From Eledone cirrhosa (lineage: Eukaryota), in assembly GCA_964016885.1 (NCBI GenBank), contig OZ024740.1, forward strand, positions 439,580,001 through 439,644,000: a stretch of 64,000 nt of DNA, given 5' to 3'. A model generated the notes under the pieces. It did not search any database, was not told the origin of the DNA, and saw nothing but the letters and a program-made list of their open reading frames with translations. The first letter of the stretch is position 1. The number at the start of each line of letters is the position of its first letter. The position numbers were made by a program, and so were the translations under genes. Shown piece by piece: positions 22,978 through 35,600 of the stretch.

Positions 22978-25900
22978 ATGACCTCACTCAGAATAGGCAG
23001 CATAAATGCGCGTGGCTTGGGGTCGTCATGGAAGCAGGGCCACCTGCTCAACGACCTCAGGTCACTAAACATAGATGTAGTGGCCATCAGCGAGACCAGA
23101 ATCTCCGAAGCACAGGCTTTCGCACCGATCTTCGGCGGCTACGATGTGTACGCATCTCCCAGCCGTCCGGGATCGGGGGGAGGAGTTGCTGTGCTTTTTC
23201 GGAGACGTTTGGATCTCGCCATACGGGCCATCTTCCTGGACCCAGAAGGTAAGTTGGTGGTGCTGGACGTGACCAGCGGAGAAGGGCAAGCTTTCAGGTT
23301 AGTGGCCGTCTATGCCCCGACAGGAGCAGGGCGGCCTGATTTCTTCCGGCGTCTGGAGACCTTTCTTGGAACGTCCCGCTCTTTAGTGTTAGTGGGCGAC
23401 TGGAACGGGATCTTAGATGTACGCTGGGATTGTGTGGGATTAGTGGATAGGGAAGGAGGGTGCAAGAGTCTCACCAACTTTCTCAGACGTTTTGAACTGT
23501 CTGACAGGTACCGAATGGATTTCCCGAATGTACCAATGTGGACTTGGACAAATCGCATAGGGTCATCCAGATCATATCTAGATAGAGTATTTTGTAGGGA
23601 AATAGATAGGTCTAGCATAGGCTGTCCACAATTCAAGATAGTCAGCTACACGGACCACAAATTCGTGATCTGTGTGCTTGACTTAGATAGGCTTCATAGG
23701 CGAGGACCCGGCTACTGGAAGCTAAACGCGTCCTTACCAGCGCGCAAGGCCTACAGAGACCGGATTAGCGAACTAGTTAAGCGGGCGTTGACGGGTGCCA
23801 TCGTCAATAACAAGTGGTGGTTTGCTCTGAAAAGAGCAATTAGAATAGAGTCCATTAGGTTTAGTAAGACTTTAGCAATAGAGAAAAATAGAGCAGAGGG
23901 AGAACTAGTTAGAAAATTAGATGAGGCGCTTAGCAAAGGCTTCGCGACCGACGTACTTGCGGCGAAATTGGCCCTTGACCAATTCTTCAATGCAAAGCAC
24001 GAAGGCTGCGTTGTCAGAGCTAGGGTGCGTACTCTCAGACACGAGGGGACGAAAGCCATTCAATGGGCCCGAGTGGCGGAGGCGCGTCGTGGCAACAAAG
24101 CCACGATCCGGTCTTAGGTGGACCACGACGGGCGCATGCTACTCGATCCCGGGCAAATGTGTGAAGCTTTTCAGCGACACTTCGCTCAACTGTTCGGGGG
24201 CAGTGGCGGGCCGGATCGAGGGATGGACTTTAGTGTCTACCTCGACGGACTGCCGCGGCTTTCGGCCACTGAGGCGGAGTGTTGCGAAAAGCCGATAACA
24301 ACCGCTGAAGTACGGGATGCAATGACTAGTTGCACAAGGGGTAAATCGCCTGGTTTGGATGGTCTGCCCTATGAACTTTACGTACAAATGCCAAACTTGT
24401 TCGGAGGCCTCTTGGCGGACGTCTACTGCAACTGGCAACAGAACGGGAGAATTCCCAGCTCTGTGAGCCGAGGAGCGGTGGCGCTGCTGAGAAAGGATCC
24501 GAACAAGGGGGATAACATAGATAATTTTAGGCCCATAACTCTGCTAAACACAGAGTTCAAGATTTTGGCCAAGGTGCTAGCAAAGAGGTTGGCGCTTGTC
24601 GTTGGTGGTCTGGTGGGAGAGGCACAGACATGCGCCATTCCCGACAGATCCATCCACGACAACCTCCACCTCATGCGATACATCGTAGAGAGGGTAGCTA
24701 GGGAACCTGGCACGGGTGGGTCTTTGATCAATTTAGATCAGTCGAAAGCCTTCGATAGGGTCGACCATCGTTACCTAGAGGCAGTCCTGGGGGCGGCTGG
24801 CTTTGGGCCCTTCTTCAGAGGCTGGATCGCTGTCATGCACAGCAACATCTGCTCTGTAGTGAGAGTGAACGGTCACCTTTCGGAACCGTTCAACATCATG
24901 CGCTCGGTCCGCCAAGGATGTCCCCTCTTGTCTCTATTGTACGTATTGACTCTCGAGCCATTACTGCACAAACGGGAGACGTTGAGGGGGATCCCGCGCG
25001 AACTAGGATGCGGAAAATCCGTGTCAGCATATGCGGACGATGTCACCGTAGTGGTGTCGAACGCCAAACACATCGAGGCGATCGGCACTACACTAAGAGA
25101 ATACGAAGCGGTGACAGGAGCAATGATCAAACAGCAAAGGTCAGTGCGCCTGCAGCTCGGCACCTGGAGAGGCAGGTCCATGCCGTCCAACAGCGTCGTC
25201 GGGCGCTGGACAGACGGACCGGTTAAATTGCTAGGGGTCTGGTTCGGTCCAGACCTCCAGACGGACAAAAACTGGGACGAGGTGACGAGCAGGGTGGCTT
25301 CTCTCACCCAGAAATGGGCGGAGAAGAAGCTATCCCTGAAAGGTCGAGCGGAGGTGGCTAACGCGTACATCGCGTCCGTCATCTACTACCGCCTGACCGT
25401 CGTACCTTGTCCTAAGCCCCGCCTGTCTGCGCTGGAGCGTTTGATCTTTCGCTTCTTGTGGAAGGGACGCGCTCCGATGGTCAGGCGGTCCATCTGCTAT
25501 CAACACCCGCTACGTGGAGGGCTGGGCATGCCGTGGCTAATGATGCGCAGACACGCGCTCAGGCTACGACATCTCCACCTCTTCCTCGACGGTGATCAGG
25601 TGTGGTCGCAGTTTGCTAGACACGTTTTTCCCCAGCTCGTCTCCTTGACGGAGCTGCAGTCCTGGGTCAAGCGAAGACCGAGAGGGAGCGCTTGGAGACT
25701 GGAATGTCTTCAGGCGCTCACAGCCCTCGACCAATCGGGCAATGTGATCGGTGGAAACTCCACCTTGGCGTTCTATAGGGGATTAGTGGAGGGGAAGAGC
25801 GACGACGTACTTCGAGAAACTCTAGGCGTCGACGAAAATCAACTAGCCAATCTCTTCGGAATGACTTTCGGGCCGGGGCCTATGGACAACTTCCAGAAAT

Positions 25901-26397
25901 CCCTGGCCTGGCAGTGCTACCGGGGTGCTTTGCCAATTCGGGATAAACTTTACAGGCATGGAGGTGCCGTCAGCCGGGCATGTCCGAAATGCGCACAGGG
26001 CGACGAAACCGTCCTGCACGCACTCGTCCAGTGTCCGAGCATTGCTGACTTGTGGGTTTATGTCGAACACCTGCTGTCACGTGTAGGACGGATCCAGCTA
26101 TCAGCTGAGTCCATCGTGAGGATTGCCCCGCCCACTTCCTTTAGCCGTGAAGGGCAGGCAGTTTTTATCTGTCTGGTGGCCATGGCGAAAGAGATATTAT
26201 GGTGGACACGTTTGAAAGGGCTGAAGACGAGCACTTACCTCTTCGGTGATGCCCTGATTAACTTTTTCAAATTTCATCTGAAAAGGAAAATCAGGGTAGA
26301 GAGGGAAGTGCTCTCTTCCCAACATTTTGTTGAAAGATGGGTGAGAGAAGCAAGTATGGCCCGAATGAATGGGCCTTCTCTGAGTATGTGTCTGTAA
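22978..26397 (+). pseudogene. ORF2 APE-RT-zinc finger, single in-frame TAG at 24115-24117
   Basis: 379 aa + 759 aa in the same frame; paralogues have TTG at this codon; YADD; CPKC..H..QC. Confidence 0.92.
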
Positions 26398-26880
26398 ATT
26401 AAAGGTGGAAAACTGGGAGAGGGCACTTGCCCTGGTGGTCAGGGCCACTGTGGTCTTTTAATGGGCTTTCTCCACAAATGTCCCTCGGAAGTCTCCCCCC
26501 TATTGGGGAATTTTTCTTTGTTATTTTATTTCACCCTCTGTTTTTTTACACGCAGAAATGCCCATTTGTACCGTCCTGTATTGTCCTGTACTGTCCTTAA
26601 TGTCTACTTTATGTAAACCCTTGTAGTTAATAAAGAAAACATTATTATTATTATTATTATTATTGAATGCTATGGTTGACGGAGGCTCGGCTCTGTAAGG
26701 TACTGTCAATTTTGAACGCTTTAACAATTGTAAATTGTTTAAAACTTAGACCAACTTGTAGACAAAAACACCCTCCTCCTCGTGAGAGGGGTCTTTCTGC
26801 CCGTTATTTGGCCCTTTGGGGTTAAATAACTGCTTATTGGGGTTTTGTACCCAATATTTATTTTAAACAAAAAAGTCAAC

Positions 26881-28968
26881 ATGGCTACGAAAAAGAATTT
26901 GCATAGGTCACTCCCATTCATTCCGTCTTCTTCTTCCTCAATCATCACTACAGCAGAGAGAAGATTGTCTCTCTCCCTCCCTTCTTTAAATGTGTCTCTC
27001 TCCCTCCCTTCTCTTTCGCAAGCGACGAAAGAAAAGAAAAGTCTCGTGCAAAGCGTGCAAGGTTTCTCCACGACGACGACGACAGCGACGAAACAGGTGT
27101 GCGGGAAATACGAAAACCCAGTTCATTCGTCTGACGTCAGGAATAATAGCAGTAGCAGCCGTAATAACAACAGCAACAGTGACAATGAAAACAACAGTAG
27201 CAGCCGCAACAGCATCACCAGCAGCATAAACAACAACAGCATTAGCAGCAGCAACACCAACAACAACCACAGCAACAGCGGCGAAGGCAGTAGTCGTAGT
27301 ACCTGCAGCAACAACAAAAGCTCTGACGACAACAACAGCAGCAAAGAAAAACCAATCTCATTTGCAGGTATTGCGAAAAACTTGGAAACAATCCTCATAA
27401 CAAATGAGGAGTTAGAGGAAGCGAAGAAGATGGTGACAAAGAATGGACACCGAGCAATCTGCAAGGCAGCGGAAACATTTTTCGAAACCCAAGAGCACTG
27501 TAAGGTCACGTACCGTACAGTAAGTACAAAATCCCGTAGGGTGGAAAGAGCCACAGAGGCCCAAATACAAAAAGCCTTGGGTTCTGTGTGGCAGCGGAAA
27601 ACGCACATCACCCGAGGCAAAACATATGCCACCGTAGACGTACTTTTTGCCACACCCCAGGAGGCAAAGGCCCAATCCGTAGTGACCCTAAGGAGCGAGG
27701 AAATGGTGTTCGTGCCATCCTACTGCGGGCAAAAAATTGTGAGGGTCAAACTGACCCACGTCCCCCCCGGAATGGCCCCTTCTTGGCTGGCCGCGTCTGT
27801 CCTCGTCGGAATCGAGGACAAAACAACTGTACTGCAAGTACAGAAAAAAGTAAGAGAAGATTGGGTCGGCACCTCCATTGAGATGCTAATCCAAACCAAC
27901 CAGGAGTGCATCGAAGCTATCCCGGATGTGATAGACTTCGATAACGGCACTCAACTGCCCATAAGTGTTGAGGGCAAACGCCCGAAATGCTTTCGCTGTG
28001 GATCGAAGACTCACCTCAGGGCCTTCTGCAACGAGAAGACCCTGAGAAAGGAGAAAACACCCCTCCTTCCGAATCCGGCTCCACGGCTACCAGCAACAGG
28101 ACAAGCGGCAACCAGGAACGATAGGTCCGTGGCACCCATACCAACGCCACGGAAATCAAAAACAGCAGCAGCAGTGGAAATATTAACAACAACAACAGCA
28201 ATACCAAATGCAGCTGCAACAGAGACTCCAGTGCAAACATCACCAACAACAACAAGTGAAAGAGTGGAGCTGGTACCCCTCCCCGACCTCACAGAATCAG
28301 ACATGGAGTGTGAGGTGGGAGAGGGATGGCAAAAGGTCGTAAGAAGGCACAAACGCAGAAGCAGCGCATCGTCGCCTTTGAAAAGGGAGGAAAGAAATGA
28401 GAAAAGGGTAAAGTCTACTGCAAAGAGACCCACAGCAACAACACCACCAACACCATCACCACCCACACTAGCACCACCATCACCACCGGCGACAACCCCA
28501 CCGCCAACAACACCTTCAACACCACCACCACAAGCACCAACATCGCAAACACAACAACAAAACACACACACCCAGCAACAACGACAAGAAAATAGCAGAA
28601 CCACACCCCACCCCCAGAAAAACAAATGCACGGCAATAAATACAAACAACAAGAAACTAATGACTTACATAATTGAACACACAGACATTTCACAACAGGA
28701 CTACATAATACCAGCACCAATCAAAACGCCAACTAACATAAGACTGCTAAAAATAGCACAGAAACAATACACAAACATTAAAACGAAATTCCCCAACGCA
28801 GTTGGTGATTTCAGGGACCTAGGAGGAACCATCAATCGAAGAGTATATTCAGACATTCTGTTAGAAGAGCCGACGACCAGCCGAAGGGACGATTCAACGG
28901 TCCCTTCACCAGACGATCAAGTGAAAAGGGATGTAAAAACCATCCCTCCTCTACCAAAAGTACGGTAA
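26881..28968 (+). CDS. Intact LINE ORF1 protein (about 695 aa): Ser/Asn-rich N-terminus, conserved core, CCHC knuckle, Pro/Thr-rich linker
   Basis: Open frame 26845-28968, first ATG at 26881; CFRCGSKTHLRAFC. Confidence 0.88.
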   Translation: MATKKNLHRSLPFIPSSSSSIITTAERRLSLSLPSLNVSLSLPSLSQATKEKKSLVQSVQGFSTTTTTATKQVCGKYENPVHSSDVRNNSSSSRNNNSNSDNENNSSSRNSITSSINNNSISSSNTNNNHSNSGEGSSRSTCSNNKSSDDNNSSKEKPISFAGIAKNLETILITNEELEEAKKMVTKNGHRAICKAAETFFETQEHCKVTYRTVSTKSRRVERATEAQIQKALGSVWQRKTHITRGKTYATVDVLFATPQEAKAQSVVTLRSEEMVFVPSYCGQKIVRVKLTHVPPGMAPSWLAASVLVGIEDKTTVLQVQKKVREDWVGTSIEMLIQTNQECIEAIPDVIDFDNGTQLPISVEGKRPKCFRCGSKTHLRAFCNEKTLRKEKTPLLPNPAPRLPATGQAATRNDRSVAPIPTPRKSKTAAAVEILTTTTAIPNAAATETPVQTSPTTTSERVELVPLPDLTESDMECEVGEGWQKVVRRHKRRSSASSPLKREERNEKRVKSTAKRPTATTPPTPSPPTLAPPSPPATTPPPTTPSTPPPQAPTSQTQQQNTHTQQQRQENSRTTPHPQKNKCTAINTNNKKLMTYIIEHTDISQQDYIIPAPIKTPTNIRLLKIAQKQYTNIKTKFPNAVGDFRDLGGTINRRVYSDILLEEPTTSRRDDSTVPSPDDQVKRDVKTIPPLPKVR

Positions 28969-29003
28969 GTGGTCTTTCCCATCTTTTCCACTCTATTTTA
29001 AAC

Positions 29004-32000
29004 ATGACCTCACTCAGAATAGGCAGCATAAATGCGCGTGGCTTGGGGTCGTCATGGAAGCAGGGTCACCTGCTCAACGACCTCAGGTCACTAAACATAG
29101 ATGTAGTGGCCATCAGCGAGACCAGAATCTCCGAAGCACGGGCCTTCGCACCGATCTTCGGCGGCTACGATGTGTACGCATCTCCCAGCCGTCCTGGATC
29201 GGGTGGAGGAGTTGCTGTGCTTTTTCGGAGAGGTTTGGATCTCTCCATACGGGCCATCTTCCTGGACCCAGAGGGTAAGCTGGTGGTGCTGGACGTGACC
29301 AGCGGAGACGGGCAAGCTTTCAGGCTAGTAGCCGTCTATGCCCCGACAGGAGCAGGGCGGCCTGATTTCTTCCGGCGTCTGGAGACCTTTCTTGGAACGT
29401 CCCGCTCTTTAGTGTTAGTGGGCGACTGGAACGGGATCTTAGATGCACGCTGGGACTGTGTGGGATTAGCGGATAGGGGTGGAGGGTGCAAGAGCCTCAC
29501 CAACCTGCTCAGGCGTTTTGAACTGTCTGACAGGTACCGATTGGATTTCCCGAATGTGCCAATGTGGACTTGGACAAATCGCATAAGGTCATCTAGATCA
29601 TATCTAGATAGAGTATTTTGTAGGGAAATAGATAGGTCTAGCATAGGCTGTCCACAATTCAAGATAGTCAGCTACACGGACCACAAATTCGTAATCTGTG
29701 TGCTTGACTTAGATAGGCTTCATAGACGAGGACCCGGCTACTGGAAGCTAAACGCGTCCTTACCAGCGCCAAGGCCTACAGAGACCGGATTAGCGAACTA
29801 GTTAAGCGGGCGTTGACGGGGGCCATCGTCAACAACAAGTGGTGGTTTGCTCTGAAAAGAGCGATTAGAATAGAATCGATTAGGTTTAGTAAGGCTTTAG
29901 CAATAGAGAAAAATAGAGCAGAGGGAGAACTAGTTAGAAAATTAGACGAGGCGCTTAGCAAAGGCATTGCGACCGACGTGCTTGCGGCGAAATTGGCCCT
30001 TGACCAATTCTTCAATGCAAAGCACGAAGGCTGCGTTGTCAGAGAAAAGGTGCGTGCTCTCAGACACGAGGGGACGAAAACCGTTCAATGGGCCCGAGTG
30101 GCGGAGGCGCGTCGTGGCAACAAAGCCACGATCCGGTCTTTGGTGGACCACGACGGGCGCATGCTACTCGATCCCGGGCAAATGTGTGAAGCTTTTCAGC
30201 GACACTTCGCTCAGCTGTTCGGGGGCAGCGGTGGGCCGGGTAGAGGTATGGACTTTAGTGTCTACCTCGACGGACTGCCGCGGCTCTCGGCCACTGAGGC
30301 GAGGTGTTGCGACAAGCCGATAACAGCCGCTGAAGTAAGGGAGGCAATGACTGGCTGCACAAGGGGTAAATCGCCTGGTTTGGATGGTCTGCCCTATGAA
30401 CTTTACGTACAGATGCCAGACTTGTTCGGAGTCCTCTTGGCGGACGTCTACTCCAACTGGCAACAGAACGGTAGAATTTCCAGTTCTGTGAGCCGAGGAG
30501 CGGTGGCACTGCTGAGAAAGGATCCGAACAAGGGGGATAACATAGATAATTTCCGGCCCATAACTGTGCTAAACACAGAGTTCAAGATTTTGGCCAAGGT
30601 GCTAGCAAAGAGGTTGGCGCTTGTCGTTGGTGGTCTGGTGGGAGAGGCGCAGACATGCGCCATTCCCGACAGATCCATCCACGACAACCTCCACCTCATG
30701 CGATACATCATAGAGAGGGTAGCTAAGGAACCTGGCACGGGTGGGTCCTTGATCAATTTAGATCAGTCGAAAGCTTTCGATAGGGTCGACCATCGTTACC
30801 TAGCGGCAGTCCTGAGGGCGGCTGGCTTTGGGCCCGTATTCAGAGGCTGGATCGCTGCCATGCACAGCGACATCTGCTCTGTGGTGAGAGTGAACGGTCA
30901 CCTGTCGGAACCGTTCAACATCATGCGCTCGGTCCGCCAAGGATGTCCCCTCTCGTCCCTCCTGTACGTATTGACTCTCGAGCCATCACTGCACAAACTG
31001 GAGACGTTGAGGGGAGTCCTGCGCGAACTAGGATGCGGAAAATCCGTGTCAGCATATGCGGACGATGTCACCGTAGTGGTGTCGAACGCCAAACACATCG
31101 AGGCGATCGGCACTACACTAAGAGAATACGAAGCGGTGACAGGAGCAATGATCAACCAGGAAAAGTCAGTGGGCCTGCAGCTCGGCACCTGGAGAGGCAG
31201 GTCCATGCCGTCCAACAGCGTCGTCGGACGCTGGACGGACGGACCGGTTAAATTGCTAGGGGTCTGGTTCGGTCCGGACCTCCAGACGGACAAAAACTGG
31301 GACGAGGTGACGAGCAGGGTGGCTTCTCTCACCCAGAAATGGGCGGAGAAGAAGCTATCCCTGAAAGGTCGAGCGGAGGTGGCTAACGCGTACATCGCGT
31401 CTGTCATCTGCTACCGCCTGACCGTCGTACCTTGTTCTAAGCCTCGCCTGACTGCGCTGGAGCGTTTGATCTTTCGCTTTTTGTGGAAGGGACGTGCTCC
31501 GATGGTCAGGCGGTCCATCTGTTGTCAACACCCGCTACGTGGAGGGCTGGGCATGCCGTGGCTGATGATGCGCAGGCACGCGCTCAGGCTACGACATCTC
31601 CACCTCTTCCTCGACGGTGATCAGGTGTGGTCGCAGTTTGCTCGACACGTATTTCCCCAGCTCGTTTCCTTGACGGAGCTGCAGTCCTGGGTCAAGCGAA
31701 GACCGAGAGGGAGCGCCTGGAGAATGGAATGTCTTCAGGCGCTCACAGCCCTCGACCAATCGGGCAATGTGATCGGTGGAAACTCCACCTCGGCGTTCTA
31801 TAGAGGATTAGTGGAGGGGAAGAGCGACGACGTACTTGGGGAAACTCTAGGCGTCGACGAAAATCAACTAGCCAATCTCTTCGGAAGAACTTTCGGGCCA
31901 GGGCCTATGGACAACTTCCAGAAATCTCTGGCCTGGCAGTGCTACCGAGGAGCCTTGCCAGTTCGGGATAAACTCTACAGGCATGGAGGTGCCGTTAGCC

Positions 32001-32422
32001 GGGCATGTCCGAGATGCGCGCAGGGCGACGAAACCGTCCTGCACGCACTCGTCCAGTGTCCGAAAATTGCTGACTTGTGGGTTTATGTCGAACACCTGCT
32101 GTCGCGTTTAGGACGGATCCGGCTATCATCTGAGTCAATCGTGAGGATTGCCCCGCCCTCCTCCTTTAGCCGGGAAGGGCAGGCAGTTTTTATCTGTCTG
32201 GTGGCCATGGCGAAAGAGATAGTATGGTGGACACGTTTGAAAGGGCTGAAGACGAGCACTTACCTCTTCGGTGATGCTCTGATTGACTTTTTCAAATTTC
32301 ATTTGAAAAGGAAAATCAGAGTAGAGAGGGAAGTGCTCTCTTCCCAGCATTTTGTTGAAAGATGGGTGAGAGAAGCAAGAATGGCCCGAGTGAATGGGCC
32401 TACTCTGAGCATATATCTGTAA
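29004..32422 (+). pseudogene. ORF2 APE-RT-zinc finger, single 1-nt frameshift near 29770
   Basis: 265 aa + 869 aa; GCGCCAAGG here versus GCGCGCAAGG in the paralogue. Confidence 0.92.
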
Positions 32423-32672
32423 ATTAAAGGTGGAAAACTGGGAGAGGGCACTTGCCTTGGTGGTCAGGGTCATTGTGGCTTTTTACTGGGCTTTCTCCAC
32501 AAATGTCCCTCCGAAGTCTCCCCCGTATTGGGGAATTTTTCATTGTTATTTTTTGTTACATCCTCTGTTTTTGTTTTTTACATGCAGAAATTCCCATTTG
32601 TACCGTCCTGCATTGTCCTGCACTGTCCTTAATGTCTACTTTATGTAAACCCTTGTGGTTAATAAAGAAATC

Positions 32673-32699
32673 ATCATTATTATTATTATTATTATTATT
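32673..32699. repeat. (ATT)n tract, tail-to-tail junction
   Basis: Triplet run. Confidence 0.93.
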
Positions 32700-35600
32700 G
32701 TTCTTGGAGTCTCAGTCATTGATGTTATTTAACTGGAAAGTTTGTTGAAATGAATATCAAGCCGCTACCTGCAGCCTCAGATATTCAGGACATATCGGAG
32801 GGTTCTTGCTGTTCCCAGCAAGCATGCCTTTCGAAGTGTTCCAAAAAGAGGGGCTGGACTAATTTTCTTTAACCATCCTTAGAGACTCTTTGAAATAGTA
32901 CCTAGTGCGCCTATGACAATCGGGACCACTTGACTTCATAGCAGTTCCAAATCCTTTGTACCTCCCACTTTAAGTCCTGGTATGAGTTAATTTTCTCCCT
33001 CTCCCTTTCTTGCACTCTCGTGTCAAATGGGCAGGCTACATCTACAATCAGGCACGATCTTTTTTCCTTGTTGTCCAAAACCACCAGGTCAGGCCTATTG
33101 TGTTCCAGTTTCTTATCCGTCTGTATCCTAAAATCCCATAGCACCTTCACCTTATCGTTTTCTATCACCGCCTCTGGCTTATGCTCACACCACTTCTCAG
33201 AATGTGGTAAATTGTTTACTTTGCATAGGTGCCAGTGGATCACCCTGCCCATCACATCATGTCTCAAGCCTTTATAGTGAGTCTGGGCTAGGCTTTTACA
33301 CTCGGATACAATGTGAGCCACAGTATCCTCTCTCTCTCCACAGATCCTACACAGTGGGCTAGCCTCCTCCTTGTAAATATGGTGTTTCACCCACTTCGTT
33401 TTGAGTGCCTGCTCTTGCGCAGCCATTATCATTCCTTCTGTAGTCTTTTTAAGGTCTCCTCTTTTTAACCAGTTCCATGTCTGTGGATCACTAAATTCAA
33501 TTTTCTCAAAGAAGGTACTATGAAGGGATTTTTCATGAAGGTTGCTTTTCTCCATGTGAACACAGTCCTCTATGCTGATAAGACCTCTTCCACCTTCACA
33601 TCTCCTTAAGTAGAGTCTATCGACATCGCTCCTCTTGTGGAACATGTTGTAGATAGTCAATAGCTTCCTAGTCTTCCTATCCATTTCTTTTTGTTCAGCA
33701 ACATTCCATTTCAGAATTTCCGCACTGTACCTAATAATAGACACAGCTCGGGAATTCACTGCACTTATGACATTCCTACTATTTAGATGTGATTTTAATA
33801 CGCTCCTTACTCTCCTAATGTACTCAGATCTTATCAATTCCTTCATTTTTTTTTGTTCTTGATCTGCCTCCAGAACACCTAAATATTTGTATCCTTCAGT
33901 GTCAATTTCCTTTATCATCTCACCTGTTGGTACCTGGATTCCGTTGCTTCTGCTCAATTTACTCCTCTTTATCACTAGGACCCCACACTTATTAATACCA
34001 AATTGCATACATATATCATTGCTGAAAATACGGACAGTGTCAACAAGCACATCCAACTCCTTCTCACTCTTCCCAAAGAGTTTAAGATCGTCAATGTAGA
34101 AGAGGTGGTTGATAATAAGCTCTCTCTTTCCCAACTTGTATCCTGCTCTCACTTTTCGCAGTATAATGGTCAGGGATATCAGGGCAAGGACAAACAACAG
34201 AGGGGACAAACTATCTCCCTGGAATATACCTCTCTTGATCTTCACGCCTCCCAATGATGTCCACCCGATGTTAACTCTGTTTCCCAGGACTTCATACTTT
34301 TGCTCAACAACTGTCTGATGTTATCTGCCACCCTGAAGATCTCTAGGGTTTTGGTTATCCAAGAATGAGGTACCATGTCGAATGCCATTTTGTATTCTAT
34401 CCATCCCATGGCAAGAACTGTGTGTTTCCTCTTGCAATTCCTCATTACCATCTTATCAATAAGTAACTGGTCCTTTGTACCACGGGACTTCTTTCGGCAT
34501 CCTTTCTGTTCGTCCGGTAACAAGTTCTTTATGTGGAGGTGATGGTAGATTTCCTCAGACACAATGCTTGTTAATAGTTTCCACATTACGGACAGACATG
34601 TGATAGGTCTATAGTTGGTAATATCATTACCCTTGATTTGGTCTTTCATTACCAGAACTGTGGTACCTTTTGTCAACCACTCTGGTACCTCACCTGACAT
34701 CAAGCAGTCATTGAACATGGTTGTCAGTTTCGGGTGGAGGGATGTTGTATTTTTAATCCAATACCCCTGCACACTCTCTGGGCCTGGTGATTTCCAGTTG
34801 GTTAGTGTTTTGGCCTGCCCTTTAAGAGTTTCAACAGTGATACTCAAATCAGTTTGTTGGTGTGCTTGTTCACTAATCTCCTTTTGTACTGTCTCAATCC
34901 ACACTGCCTGATCATTATGTTCAACATCATGCTCCCATATACCTTTGCAGAATGTCTTAGTCTGTTCCGCCTCAGGGATCAAGTCATTGCCTCTATCTTT
35001 CCCTTCAAGCTGTCCGAGCAACATCTTCTGGTTGTTGTCAAACATGCGGTTCTGTCTATACTGACTGACTCTGCTCTCATACCACCTAATCTTTGCATAG
35101 TTTGCTATAATGCGTTGCTTCAGTTCCTCTATGATGATATTTAGCTTTTTCCTCTTAGTTTTGTACTTTATTTCCAGTCTATTTTTAGTGTCTATGTTTT
35201 GTAGTGTCCCATTGAGTAGGGACTCAAGCTTTCCAATGTCATTTCTCATTTCCTTGATTTGACCATTCAGTCGTTTCTTCCACCAAGGGTCTGATCTTTC
35301 TTGTTTGCTGTTTCCTCTCGATTTTATGCCAAGTAATTTGCTCACCGCGTTTGCTGTTGCTTTGAGGATATTGTTGCATTGGTGAAGGTTCCTCGCCTCA
35401 AGGTATGGGGTGACTTTGTTTACTTTAGCTGTTGTTTCTTTTAACTTTTTCCTGTCTACAAATCTTAGGTTCATAGGTTTCCCACTATCATTGTTCATTT
35501 CATCTACCACTAAGTTTAATATATCAACCAAATCTTGTTCTAGCCCGTCAGCATTCATTTCCTCTCAATGGCTGTATCTTTGTTCCAGATGTTATTTATT

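Larger units (their letters stand above)
20740..26640 (+). mobile_element. L1/Tx1-like LINE family A copy 2, full length
   Basis: 5' UTR, ORF1, ORF2, 3' UTR with AATAAA and (ATT)n tail at 26641-26664. Confidence 0.95.
26665..32672 (+). mobile_element. L1/Tx1-like LINE variant B: full-length chimera of a D-like ORF1 with a family A ORF2 and 3' UTR
   Basis: 5' UTR and ORF1 differ from family A, while 28922-32672 is near-identical to family A; (ATT)n on both sides. Confidence 0.92.
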
